This document shows, one piece after another, positions 20,393 to 28,594 of a stretch of 64,000 bases of DNA (position 1 is the first letter of the stretch; each line of letters begins with the position of its first letter). Source of the stretch: Prochlorococcus sp. AG-409-L14 (GTDB taxonomy: Bacteria > Cyanobacteriota > Cyanobacteriia > PCC-6307 > Cyanobiaceae); assembly GCA_003215545.1 (NCBI GenBank), contig QCKF01000002.1, forward strand, positions 14,276 to 78,275, in the 5' to 3' direction. The position numbers and the translations under genes were made by a program. The notes under the pieces were generated by a model. The model was not told where the DNA came from. It saw nothing but the letters and a program-made list of their open reading frames with translations, and ran no database searches.

Positions 20393-21313
20393 TTGAAAAC
20401 ACTAGTAATGGGTGGGACGCGATTTATTGGGAAGCCAATAGTAGAAAAGCTTCGAAGGCAAGGTCATCAAATTACTATTTTTACCCGTGGTAATAATCCT
20501 GTCCCAGCTGATGTTGAGCATTTGAAAGGCGATAGGAACACTAAGGAAGGTCTCGAAAGCCTTAATGGCAGAGCATTCGATCTAATTATTGACAGTTCAG
20601 CGAGAGAAAAAAGACAAGTACAGCATGTTCTTCAGATGACAGGTGTCCCTAAGCATAGGTTGTTGTTCGTAAGCTCAGCAGGTGTCTATTGTCAATCTTC
20701 GATATTGCCTATAGACGAGAAGGCTGAAATTGATCCATTAAGTCGTCATTTTGGTAAAGCAGAGACTGAAAATTGGTTATTAGAGGAAGGGATACCTTTT
20801 ACTAGCTTTAGACCTACATATATTTATGGTCCCGGAAATTACAATCCAATCGAAAGATGGTTTTTTGATCGAATTTGCAATAATAGACCTGTTCCAATGC
20901 CTGGAGATGGTTCTACGATTACACAACTAGGACACGTTTTAGATCTTTCTCAGGCTATCTGTAGAAGCGTTGATTCCGATATTGCTACTAACCGCATTTA
21001 TAATTGCTCAGGCAAAAAGGCTGTTACATTTTTAGGGCTAATAGAGGCTGCTGCTAAAGCTTGTGGTATAGATCCACAATCTATCAATAAATATTCCTTT
21101 AATCCTTCAACTATAGATCCTAAAGCTCGTAAAATATTTCCTTTGAGATTAACAAATTTTTATACAGATACTTCAAGATTAGAAAGTGATTTAGGATGGA
21201 AATCTAATTTTTCTCTGGAAGAAGGACTCTTGGATAGTTATAATAATGACTATAAATTAAATCCTTCTAATAATCCAGACTTTAGCTCCGATGATTTGTT
21301 GATCCAAGCCTGA
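20393..21313 (+). CDS. NAD-dependent epimerase/dehydratase-family protein (CSP41-like)
   Basis: KTLVMGGTRFIGK Rossmann motif at the N-terminus with a TTG start. Extended-SDR architecture. Confidence 0.75.
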   Translation: MKTLVMGGTRFIGKPIVEKLRRQGHQITIFTRGNNPVPADVEHLKGDRNTKEGLESLNGRAFDLIIDSSAREKRQVQHVLQMTGVPKHRLLFVSSAGVYCQSSILPIDEKAEIDPLSRHFGKAETENWLLEEGIPFTSFRPTYIYGPGNYNPIERWFFDRICNNRPVPMPGDGSTITQLGHVLDLSQAICRSVDSDIATNRIYNCSGKKAVTFLGLIEAAAKACGIDPQSINKYSFNPSTIDPKARKIFPLRLTNFYTDTSRLESDLGWKSNFSLEEGLLDSYNNDYKLNPSNNPDFSSDDLLIQA

Positions 21314-21860
21314 TATAGCCCCAAGCCGAAATAACAGCAAAAAATAACGAAATCCAGAAAAGATACAAACCAATTTTGTTGATTAACAGTAGAAAATCTT
21401 GATCTCCCCAGATCCCTGGATAAAGCAAGAAAAGAAAGCTGAGAAATTGTGTGGATGTCTTTGCTTTCCCAATTAAAGATGCTTTCCCACCATTCTTTGC
21501 AGAGCCTCTCCAGCTTGTTATAAGTAATTCTCTAGCCATTAAAAGCCAAATTGCCCAAAGAGGAAGAACTTCTATACTTGACAACCAAATTAAAGGAGCT
21601 AAGTAGAGAATTTTGTCTGACAAGGGGTCAAAACGTGCTCCCCAGAGGCTCCCACCTCCTGCTTTTTTTGCGAGCCATCCATCTACTAAATCAGTTGTAC
21701 TCGAAAGAAAAAATAGAGACCAAGCAAGAGATAAGTAGTCTTTTGAAAGGGCGAAAATAAGAGGGAGTCCAGAAATTGCCCTGAAAGTGGTTAATCCATT
21801 AGCTATTATTCTTAGATTGGATTTGCTCAAGGGATTCTTAGCTTGATTCAATAGGTACAT
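21282..21860 (-). CDS. pgsA: CDP-diacylglycerol--glycerol-3-phosphate 3-phosphatidyltransferase
   Basis: NGLTTFR, and DLVDGWLAKK...GARFDPLSDK, which is the CDP-alcohol phosphatidyltransferase motif. Multiple TM helices. Confidence 0.8.
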   Translation of the reverse strand: MYLLNQAKNPLSKSNLRIIANGLTTFRAISGLPLIFALSKDYLSLAWSLFFLSSTTDLVDGWLAKKAGGGSLWGARFDPLSDKILYLAPLIWLSSIEVLPLWAIWLLMARELLITSWRGSAKNGGKASLIGKAKTSTQFLSFLFLLYPGIWGDQDFLLLINKIGLYLFWISLFFAVISAWGYIRLGSTNHRS

Positions 21861-22330
21861 ATATATAGGATTCTATAGCTTCATATAACGAGTCAATTAA
21901 CCTTGTAGTCATCCTATTCATAATCGTTAAAAATTTATGTAATGCCATTGATTTCAGTTTTTATGGTTAAAACCGGTAGATTGATTTATGTTGCTTTCTT
22001 CAGTCGTCTCCTAAGCAGCATATTCAAAATTCCTTTTTTGCTCCTACTGAATTTTTATGCGATACTTTTGAAGTGACTTGTTTCTTAAAAAATGACAATC
22101 TTCCTTCTTTTGGTTTTAATGGGATCTTTAGTTTCAATGCTCTACATTGTACGCAGACTTGAAAAAGAGTAGCAGCTTGCCTAATTTATAAATTAAAGAC
22201 TTTGTTTCATATATTCTAAACATCCTCTTTTTAGATAAAAAAAACTTATTTCATTGTTAGTAAATCCTTATTTATATAATTTGAGATTGCCTTCATTGTC
22301 TACTAATCTATTTAAAAATAAGATTATTCA

Positions 22331-22948
22331 GTGGAAACATTAGCCTTAAAGCTACCTCCAGGTGCAGACTTGCGTAAAAGCATCGAGCTGGTCGGGGCTG
22401 AAAAAGCAAAGTCAGGATTTGTATTGGGTGTAGTTGGTAACCTTTCAAAAGCAGTATTTCAGTGTCCAGGCAAGCAGCTCCCAACTGTTTTGGAAGGCAA
22501 CCTAGAAATAATAACGTTGAATGGCACCTTCTCTAATGATGGCAAAGTGCATCTTCATTTGAGCCTTTCAGACGGGGAATGCCAGGTTTGGGGCGGCCAT
22601 TTAGAGCTAGGTACTAAGGTCCTTAAGGGAGCTGACTTACTTTTGGCTTGCATTGGAAGCGAAAATACCCAACTTAAATATGCAACTATTGAAAAGAAGA
22701 ACACACATAGACTTGAATTGGCTGTATTACCAGAATGCCCATGGTCCGAGAAAGCTATAAAGATAATAAGAAGAGAAAATATTCCATGCCTTATAACAAC
22801 AGTTGATAGTGATAGCCTCTCTAGGAATTATATTGATAGAAGCAAGACTTCTACTTTCCCACAAATATTCCTCGATGGAGAATTTTTAGGAGGATTTAAT
22901 GAATTATTCAAATTACATCAATCGGGTAAATTAAAGAGACTTAATTGA
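22331..22948 (+). CDS. fusion protein: PPC/DUF296 domain plus C-terminal glutaredoxin-like domain
   Basis: N-terminus LKLPPGADLRKSIE...HLHLSLSD...GGHL is typical of DUF296. The C-terminus has LPECPWSEKA (CPxS in place of CPYC) and TFPQIFLDGEFLGGFNEL (glutaredoxin TVPxxFI.G..IGG). GTG start. Confidence 0.6.
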   Translation: METLALKLPPGADLRKSIELVGAEKAKSGFVLGVVGNLSKAVFQCPGKQLPTVLEGNLEIITLNGTFSNDGKVHLHLSLSDGECQVWGGHLELGTKVLKGADLLLACIGSENTQLKYATIEKKNTHRLELAVLPECPWSEKAIKIIRRENIPCLITTVDSDSLSRNYIDRSKTSTFPQIFLDGEFLGGFNELFKLHQSGKLKRLN

Positions 22949-22957
22949 ATTTCACCA

Positions 22958-23173
22958 ATGGATAAAATAAATACTAAATCTTATTGGACTGATAAACCAA
23001 CTTGGTGTCAACCTTGGTCTATTATATTATCAGGTAGTTCTTTTATTGTTTTTATTCAGTATCTCTTTAAATTAATATGGTTAACTTGTCTCTTTTCAGT
23101 ATTAGTAGTGTTCTGGTGGACTTTGTTTCTGTTAATTGCGCCATCTTTATACCAAAGTCAGATTAAGGAATGA
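22958..23173 (+). CDS. small two-TM membrane protein (DUF6737-like)
   Basis: The KPTWCQPWSIILSG motif is followed by two hydrophobic helices. Only a 9-nt gap separates it from the preceding gene. Confidence 0.45.
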   Translation: MDKINTKSYWTDKPTWCQPWSIILSGSSFIVFIQYLFKLIWLTCLFSVLVVFWWTLFLLIAPSLYQSQIKE

Positions 23174-23338
23174 TCTTATAAGCAATAATTTATTTCAGTG
23201 GTATTGATACTTGTATAAGTTTCTCTTTGTGAACTTACAGACATATTCTCTAGTTTATCCCTGATCTCTTTTACTATCTATATTATCACAAAAAAAATTA
23301 ATCTAACAAGTTTTCTCAATGAATTTGAAAATTTTGGC

Positions 23339-24232
23339 ATGTCATCAGAATTTCTCATAAGGCCTTTGATGCCTAAAGATATTCCACTCATTACTTATTG
23401 GTCAAGGATTGAAGGATTTGCTCCAGGATTTGGTGACTTGACCATTTATAGGCATACAGATAGCCAAGGCTTATGGGTTGGATGCATAAATAAAAAACCA
23501 ATTGGATGTATAGCTGGTGTTAGATACAATTCTCTTTATGGGTTCTTAGGGCTTTTTATTGTTGTTAAGGAAGAAAGAGGAAAAGGGTATGGCATAAATC
23601 TTTGGAAACACGCTTTAGAGCATTTGAGTGATATTCCCTGCGTTGGTCTTGAGGCAGCAATTGATCGTGTTGATGATTATTCTCGGTGGGGATTTATACC
23701 ATCATCATTTACTACACGATGGAAAATAGATGCTGATTACTTAGAATATGAGGAACAATTTGATGAAATCTATGGATATGAAGGATTGAGGCTCTTGCTT
23801 GGTAATAAGATTCCAGAAAGTATTGTTCAGGCTTATGACGCTAAAAGAGAACCTAGTCCTAGGCCTCACTTTCTTGCTGATTGGCTTACACACCCTTCAG
23901 GACAAGTCTTAGCATTACTTGGAAGAAACAATAGTTGTCACGGCTTTGGGCGTATTCGGCCCTGTCTTATGCAAGATGGTGAGGATGGTTGGCGTATTGG
24001 ACCTTTGATAGCAGATACACCATACCTTGCTGAATTTCTACTAAGGAGATTAATTTTGAGGCATAAAGGTGAGATTTTGATAGATTCACCAGGAATAAAT
24101 GATAACGCAGGTAGGTTGATGAAGAAACTTAATTTTGACTATGTATCTCAAACCTTGCGTATGTATAAAGGTCACCAACCACCAATTTCGATGAACGATG
24201 TCTATAGTTTAGCTTGTTTGGAACTTGGCTGA
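23339..24232 (+). CDS. GNAT-family N-acetyltransferase with C-terminal YitH-like domain
   Basis: Acetyl-CoA binding segment VVKEERGKGYGINLWKHAL (Q/RxxGxG/A pattern). Confidence 0.65.
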   Translation: MSSEFLIRPLMPKDIPLITYWSRIEGFAPGFGDLTIYRHTDSQGLWVGCINKKPIGCIAGVRYNSLYGFLGLFIVVKEERGKGYGINLWKHALEHLSDIPCVGLEAAIDRVDDYSRWGFIPSSFTTRWKIDADYLEYEEQFDEIYGYEGLRLLLGNKIPESIVQAYDAKREPSPRPHFLADWLTHPSGQVLALLGRNNSCHGFGRIRPCLMQDGEDGWRIGPLIADTPYLAEFLLRRLILRHKGEILIDSPGINDNAGRLMKKLNFDYVSQTLRMYKGHQPPISMNDVYSLACLELG

Positions 24233-24290
24233 TAAATTACTGTTTCTAATATTCAAGAAGAGAATATAAATTTTGTATATGTATCTTCTA

Positions 24291-24494
24291 TTAATTTTGC
24301 TTTATTAATTTTTCCCTTTGTAATAACTTCTCTTTATTTAATTCATCTTCTAGTCCTTGTATGAGTCTAGTTACCAAAGCCTGAAATTCGGGCTGACAAC
24401 CTCTAAATGCTGCCTTATGCCGAATAGGCTCATTCCTTGTTCTTAGATCTGTGAGCATGAGCTGCAATGCATCAATTTTCGCATTGGTTTCCAT
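24291..24494 (-). CDS. hypothetical small helical protein
   Basis: 67-aa ORF, predicted helical and charged. No recognisable motif. Confidence 0.3.
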   Translation of the reverse strand: METNAKIDALQLMLTDLRTRNEPIRHKAAFRGCQPEFQALVTRLIQGLEDELNKEKLLQREKLIKQN

Positions 24495-24578
24495 GGATTT
24501 ACTCGCTAATATTTATAAGCATATGTGCTTCTGGTATCACTGCCTTATTTGTTTTTGAATTATGAAGAAAATTTTTCT

Positions 24579-24899
24579 TTATAATTGCTCATTTGGAGAT
24601 TTACTTTCTTCCTTTTGAGGTGTAGAACCATAGCATAATGATACTGCCATAGCTTCACGTCCCTCAGCACCGACGTTTCGTAGTGAAGGAATGAATTCAA
24701 GGAACTCATTAGTAGTATTAACACACTGGTTCCAGAGTTTTGCCTTTCTTTCGATAGGCCCAAGTCTTATGGCGATCAAAAGTAGACTAAGAGTACCTAA
24801 TGCTATACATGTTGTTTGGAATATATTGGATAAATCTGATTCTTTAGCAATGTCAAATATTCTCCTGATGTTGATTTTTTCCATTGAAGGCATTTTCAT
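24579..24899 (-). CDS. membrane-anchored Cys-motif protein, divergent paralog A of a local family
   Basis: A TM helix is followed by RLGPIERKAKLWNQCV. This aligns with RLGPIAQWAKTQNQCI (26076..26606) and LLPIAKWSKTQNDCV (28094..28306). Confidence 0.5.
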   Translation of the reverse strand: MKMPSMEKINIRRIFDIAKESDLSNIFQTTCIALGTLSLLLIAIRLGPIERKAKLWNQCVNTTNEFLEFIPSLRNVGAEGREAMAVSLCYGSTPQKEESKSPNEQL

Positions 24900-25063
24900 T
24901 TTAGAATATGCACCATATATAACATATGAACCTCGATCTCTTTGATTATATTTTTGTCCATAGTATACTTATTTTTAACGAACCTGATATGAGCTTTTTA
25001 ATTTTATTTAAATAAAATATAACTAACTATATTTAATCATACTACTGAGGAGAGTTGAAAATT

Positions 25064-25867
25064 TTATTTGTTTGCTGTCAAGGTGACAGACCTGAATTCT
25101 ATATCATCAATAGTCTTCCAAGCATTTTCTGATCTTTCTGATAGTTTTACATTCTTAAATCCTGCCTTGATAAAGTCATTAATAAAGTCCTCTTCTTGCC
25201 ATGCTCCACTTATGCAGCCACTCCATAGATCAGGATCCTTTTGTAAGGCAATCGGCACTATTTTATTACTCACTATATCACTAATAGCAATTCTTCCATT
25301 TGGTTGAAGGACTCTATAAATATTTGCAATAAGTTTATCTCTTTGTGAGTATGTTACAAGATTAAGCACACAATTACTAATTACTATATCTATACTTTTG
25401 CTCTCTATTAAAGGTCTTCCATTATTATTTAGATTATCAAGTGACTCTATAGAACCTTCAAGGAACTGGACATTTAAATATCCGATTTTATTGGCGACTA
25501 TTTTTAAAGCATCCCTTGAGACTTTTAGCATTTCTTTATTGCGATCAATACCTATTACATTTCCTGATTTGCCTGTAACCTGGGCACATATAAAGACATT
25601 TTTGCCAGTTCCACTTCCTAAATCTAAGACTTTATCACCAGGTTTTACCCATTTTGTTGGATCACCGCAACCGTAATCCAGTTCAATCACATTGGCTGGG
25701 ATGGCTCTTAGTAAATTTTGATCAAAACTTACTGGACTGCATAGGCATGCCTCTTTCTCAAGCGCAGCGGCCCCATATCTAATCTCAACTGCTTTTGTTT
25801 GGCCTGGCTCATTTGTGTCCAACCCTAGGAGATCCGAATTCCTTGTGTCGCAGCAATCTTCGTCCAA
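25064..25867 (-). CDS. arsM: arsenite S-adenosylmethionine methyltransferase-like protein
   Basis: YGCGDPT, SAM motif I VLDLGSGTGKN, VISNCVLNL and GRIAISD...WSGCISGA. The conserved Cys positions (N-terminal CC, YGCG, SGCISGA) fit the ArsM pattern. Confidence 0.65.
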   Translation of the reverse strand: MDEDCCDTRNSDLLGLDTNEPGQTKAVEIRYGAAALEKEACLCSPVSFDQNLLRAIPANVIELDYGCGDPTKWVKPGDKVLDLGSGTGKNVFICAQVTGKSGNVIGIDRNKEMLKVSRDALKIVANKIGYLNVQFLEGSIESLDNLNNNGRPLIESKSIDIVISNCVLNLVTYSQRDKLIANIYRVLQPNGRIAISDIVSNKIVPIALQKDPDLWSGCISGAWQEEDFINDFIKAGFKNVKLSERSENAWKTIDDIEFRSVTLTANK

Positions 25868-26075
25868 ATTAGAAATGGTTTTTAAAATGACACTTTACTA
25901 CTTCTACTTAACCTGATTAACTCACTGATAACATTAGCATCACAGTGGATAGGCGCACTTCACCATTCTCAACTCAATTAAATTAGTTTAATCCTTATTT
26001 CATAGTCATAAATAACTTGTTTATGTAGAATATTTGGTGTAAAACATAGAAGAAGTAAAAACTAGTTATTTCAAA

Positions 26076-26606
26076 GTGATAGACCCTCCAAACCTTATAG
26101 ACACAGAAAAGCAAACTGGAAAGGATGCTTACAAGCGGTTCTCCAAGCAAATAAAAGTTTTTATAGAACTTTTTGGTGATGTTTTAGAGACGTTAAAGTC
26201 AATATTAATAGCAATCTTATCTTTAATTCTTCTTTTATCACAGGACCTTTCAAAGGCCTTTAAGGATTATATGTCTCGCCCTTCAATTACACTATCAAAC
26301 TCACCAAAAATGAATTATACAAATACTCAAAGAATGACCACATCCTCTTCTTCTAATATTCCAGATAAAAAAGAAGACAGACCCAAGTTAGGAAAAGGAG
26401 ATAACAAGGTTAATACGTCTTACTTTTACCCTGTCATGGCAACTCTTAGCACCTTTGCCCTCCTTTGGGGAGGTGTAAGATTAGGACCTATAGCTCAATG
26501 GGCGAAGACTCAAAATCAATGCATAGAGTTGACAACAACAAATGATCCAAATGGTAATACTAATTTGAATACAAAAGTCATGAAATGCAACGGAGGTCAT
26601 GAATAG
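26076..26606 (+). CDS. membrane-anchored Cys-motif protein, paralog B
   Basis: The C-terminal 60 aa (TFALLWGGVRLGPIAQWAKTQNQCIE...KVMKCNGGHE) aligns with paralog C. GTG start is uncertain. Confidence 0.55.
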   Translation: MIDPPNLIDTEKQTGKDAYKRFSKQIKVFIELFGDVLETLKSILIAILSLILLLSQDLSKAFKDYMSRPSITLSNSPKMNYTNTQRMTTSSSSNIPDKKEDRPKLGKGDNKVNTSYFYPVMATLSTFALLWGGVRLGPIAQWAKTQNQCIELTTTNDPNGNTNLNTKVMKCNGGHE

Positions 26607-26831
26607 TTGTTTAGTTAGTTATAAAATTTCTTATATGTTCCAAAAAATCACGCAAAGTAAATTCATTATAGATATTCATCGCTTAAGTTTAGCGAGTGTA
26701 TTTATTTGTTTTAGATCAATTGGATAACTCTTAGGGCTAATTACCTAGGTACTTTATTTTTGGTGATTAATCCAGTTTTGGATAGAAAAACGTTGTATAT
26801 CTAACAGGTAACCTTTAAAGAGGTGCAAGTA

Positions 26832-26987
26832 ATGACCGAACTAAAGAAGCGCACTGGGCTAGATGAAAACAAGGATTCATACGATTTTTATTTCGAGTGC
26901 ATCACTGAATGCTCTTGGATAGGTGGTGAGGATGTTGAATGCGTTACACGCTGCAAGGAAAAGCATTTGAATCAAGAACTTCATTAA
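26832..26987 (+). CDS. unannotated 51-aa twin-Cx3C mini-protein
   Basis: Below the ORF-track cutoff. An AGAGGTG Shine-Dalgarno-like sequence lies a few nt upstream of the ATG. Translation is MTELKKRTGLDENKDSYDFYFECITECSWIGGEDVECVTRCKEKHLNQELH, with two Cx3C pairs. Confidence 0.4.
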   Translation: MTELKKRTGLDENKDSYDFYFECITECSWIGGEDVECVTRCKEKHLNQELH

Positions 26988-27002
26988 ACCTAAGTTCAAT
27001 AG

Positions 27003-27737
27003 TCATACGAGCAGTTGATCAAACAAATCTCGTATAAAGTTCTTCCTATCTAAAAGACTATTTTCTTGAAATCTTTCTTCTTCTGATAAAAGGATATATT
27101 CACCATTTGGACCTAAACCAGATTTAACAAAATTCAAGTCCTCTTTAATCCATCTTTCAATAGTTCCTTTTGTTGTTTCAACATGGAACTGAATTCCGAA
27201 AATATTTCGTCCTACTTGGAAGAATTGTTCTTTGCAAAATTCTGTACTAGCTAATAACTTTGCTTTTTTGGGTAGAATTATTCTGTCACCATGCCAATGC
27301 AGCGCATAAAAGCCTTTTTGTATATATTTGTCAAAGACCGACTCATCATCATTGGTAGCTTGTATTACTTTACCCCAACCAACTTCTGGGACATTGATGC
27401 CTTCTAGCCCTTTTCTTAATTCTTCTATATTGCCACCACATGTATAAGCTATAAGTTGAGCACCTAGACATACACCTATAATTGCTATGTTATTTTTTAG
27501 AGCATATTTAATTAAATTAATCTCTTTTTGAAGCCATGGATATCTTTTATCATGAATATCATTTAACCCCATAGGACCTCCTAAAATTAAAATAATATCC
27601 TCAGAAGAAGGGTTAGGAAGCATTTCTCCTAGATATATTTTGATAGTTTTGATAACATAATTTTTTTCTATGGCAATTTCTTTAAATAATCCAGGTCCTT
27701 CCCTTTCAACATGTTGCAGTATAAATATATAACGCAT
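27003..27737 (-). CDS. class I glutamine amidotransferase (stand-alone GATase1)
   Basis: Nucleophile elbow GVCLGAQLIA. Downstream HWHGD and the FHVE His/Glu pair. Confidence 0.8.
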   Translation of the reverse strand: MRYIFILQHVEREGPGLFKEIAIEKNYVIKTIKIYLGEMLPNPSSEDIILILGGPMGLNDIHDKRYPWLQKEINLIKYALKNNIAIIGVCLGAQLIAYTCGGNIEELRKGLEGINVPEVGWGKVIQATNDDESVFDKYIQKGFYALHWHGDRIILPKKAKLLASTEFCKEQFFQVGRNIFGIQFHVETTKGTIERWIKEDLNFVKSGLGPNGEYILLSEEERFQENSLLDRKNFIRDLFDQLLV

Positions 27738-27752
27738 TAGATAAGCATTCTT

Positions 27753-27782
27753 TAATTCTAATTCTAATTCTAATTCTAATTT
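27753..27782. repeat. hexanucleotide microsatellite (TAATTC)4 plus one imperfect unit
   Basis: Read directly: taattc taattc taattc taattc taattt. It begins 16 nt upstream of the GATase1 start codon (minus strand). Confidence 0.9.
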
Positions 27783-27837
27783 GTCATGCTCGAATTACTT
27801 TTTAATAATTAGACTAATCTTTATGCCTAAAGTTAAA

Positions 27838-27933
27838 TCAGTTATTTTTTTTGGGCAGTAGTAATAATACAAGTAAAGGAGCGATGCTAATTATTGGTAG
27901 GATTAGTAAAAGGTTTTGATCTGAGGTTTCCAT
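27838..27933 (-). CDS. possible 31-aa single-TM mini-protein
   Basis: The reverse strand reads METSDQNLLLILPIISIAPLLVLLLLPKKNN. One hydrophobic helix with a basic tail. No other support. Confidence 0.2.
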   Translation of the reverse strand: METSDQNLLLILPIISIAPLLVLLLLPKKNN

Positions 27934-28093
27934 TTAGAGATTCTATATTTACTAATGTAAGACTTTAGACCTGCCAGAAGCAGAAATTAGCTTAGATAGA
28001 TACAAAGCTCAACTTCTCTGGTTTTGTGGATTTAAAAAAGTATGGCTTCTAAGTACACTTTGATATTATAAAAAAGAAGAGTTATTTATTCTG

Positions 28094-28306
28094 ATGGAGA
28101 TCAAAAAGTTTGTTGGGATTTATTTTTATCCTTTCACTGCAGCAATTAGTACCTTATGCTTAATTACTATTTCTCTTTCTTTGTTGCCAATCGCTAAGTG
28201 GTCTAAAACGCAAAACGATTGCGTTGAAAGGACTTTCAGAGTTGATGGACAAAATAGTGCTGGTATACCTGCGAAGGTATGGAGTTGTAATGGTGGAGGT
28301 GAATAA
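28094..28306 (+). CDS. membrane-anchored Cys-motif protein, paralog C (minimal form)
   Basis: A 70-aa protein: TM helix, then LLPIAKWSKTQNDCVE...KVWSCNGGGE. It shares both Cys positions and the CNGGxE C-terminus with paralog B. Confidence 0.6.
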   Translation: MEIKKFVGIYFYPFTAAISTLCLITISLSLLPIAKWSKTQNDCVERTFRVDGQNSAGIPAKVWSCNGGGE

Positions 28307-28502
28307 AGAGCCTTGCCAGTACTAACCGAGAATTGTTATTCCACTGTCACTATCTTGGTTAGAAAAATGCTCTGATGCTTGCTGCCTGCTTACTGCTTTA
28401 TTAGCTAGTCTAGCTTTACCTAGCCTTTTTACTAAGCCTGAGAATGCTTTTAAGATAGTCATTTAAAAAAAGGTTTCTTTACTATGATGCCGCTATTGGC
28501 AA

Positions 28503-28512
28503 CCCCCCCCCC
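28503..28512. repeat. poly(C)10 homopolymer in AT-rich intergenic DNA
   Basis: Read directly (aa cccccccccc ttaatc), about 80 nt upstream of the ORF starting at 28595. Confidence 0.9.
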
Positions 28513-28594
28513 TTAATCAGTATTCTAGTCTTTCACAACAATTCTACGTTGATTTCAGGGCGTCAAATTTGCACTATCTCTAGAAACTTCCTCC

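Noticed and set aside
22092-22172. 26-codon ORF (MTIFLLLVLMGSLVSMLYIVRRLEKE) in the 470-bp gap before the DUF296-Grx gene. Similar tiny ORFs occur at 30316..30453 and 28322..28462.
   Set aside because: They are too short to support without conservation data, and they do not match the known small photosystem or cytochrome subunits I can recall. Noted only as candidates for comparative checking.
27753-27782. Checked whether the tandem repeats here and at 55271..55314 could be a CRISPR array.
   Set aside because: The units are 6 nt and 18 nt, directly abutting with no spacers. No cas genes are present in the window.
24579-28306. Considered the Cys-motif paralogs as prochlorosin-type (ProcA) lanthipeptide precursors.
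   Set aside because: ProcA peptides have a conserved N-terminal leader and a hypervariable C-terminal core with a GG/GA cleavage site. Here the conservation is reversed (variable N-terminus, conserved C-terminus), a TM helix is present, and no LanM is nearby.
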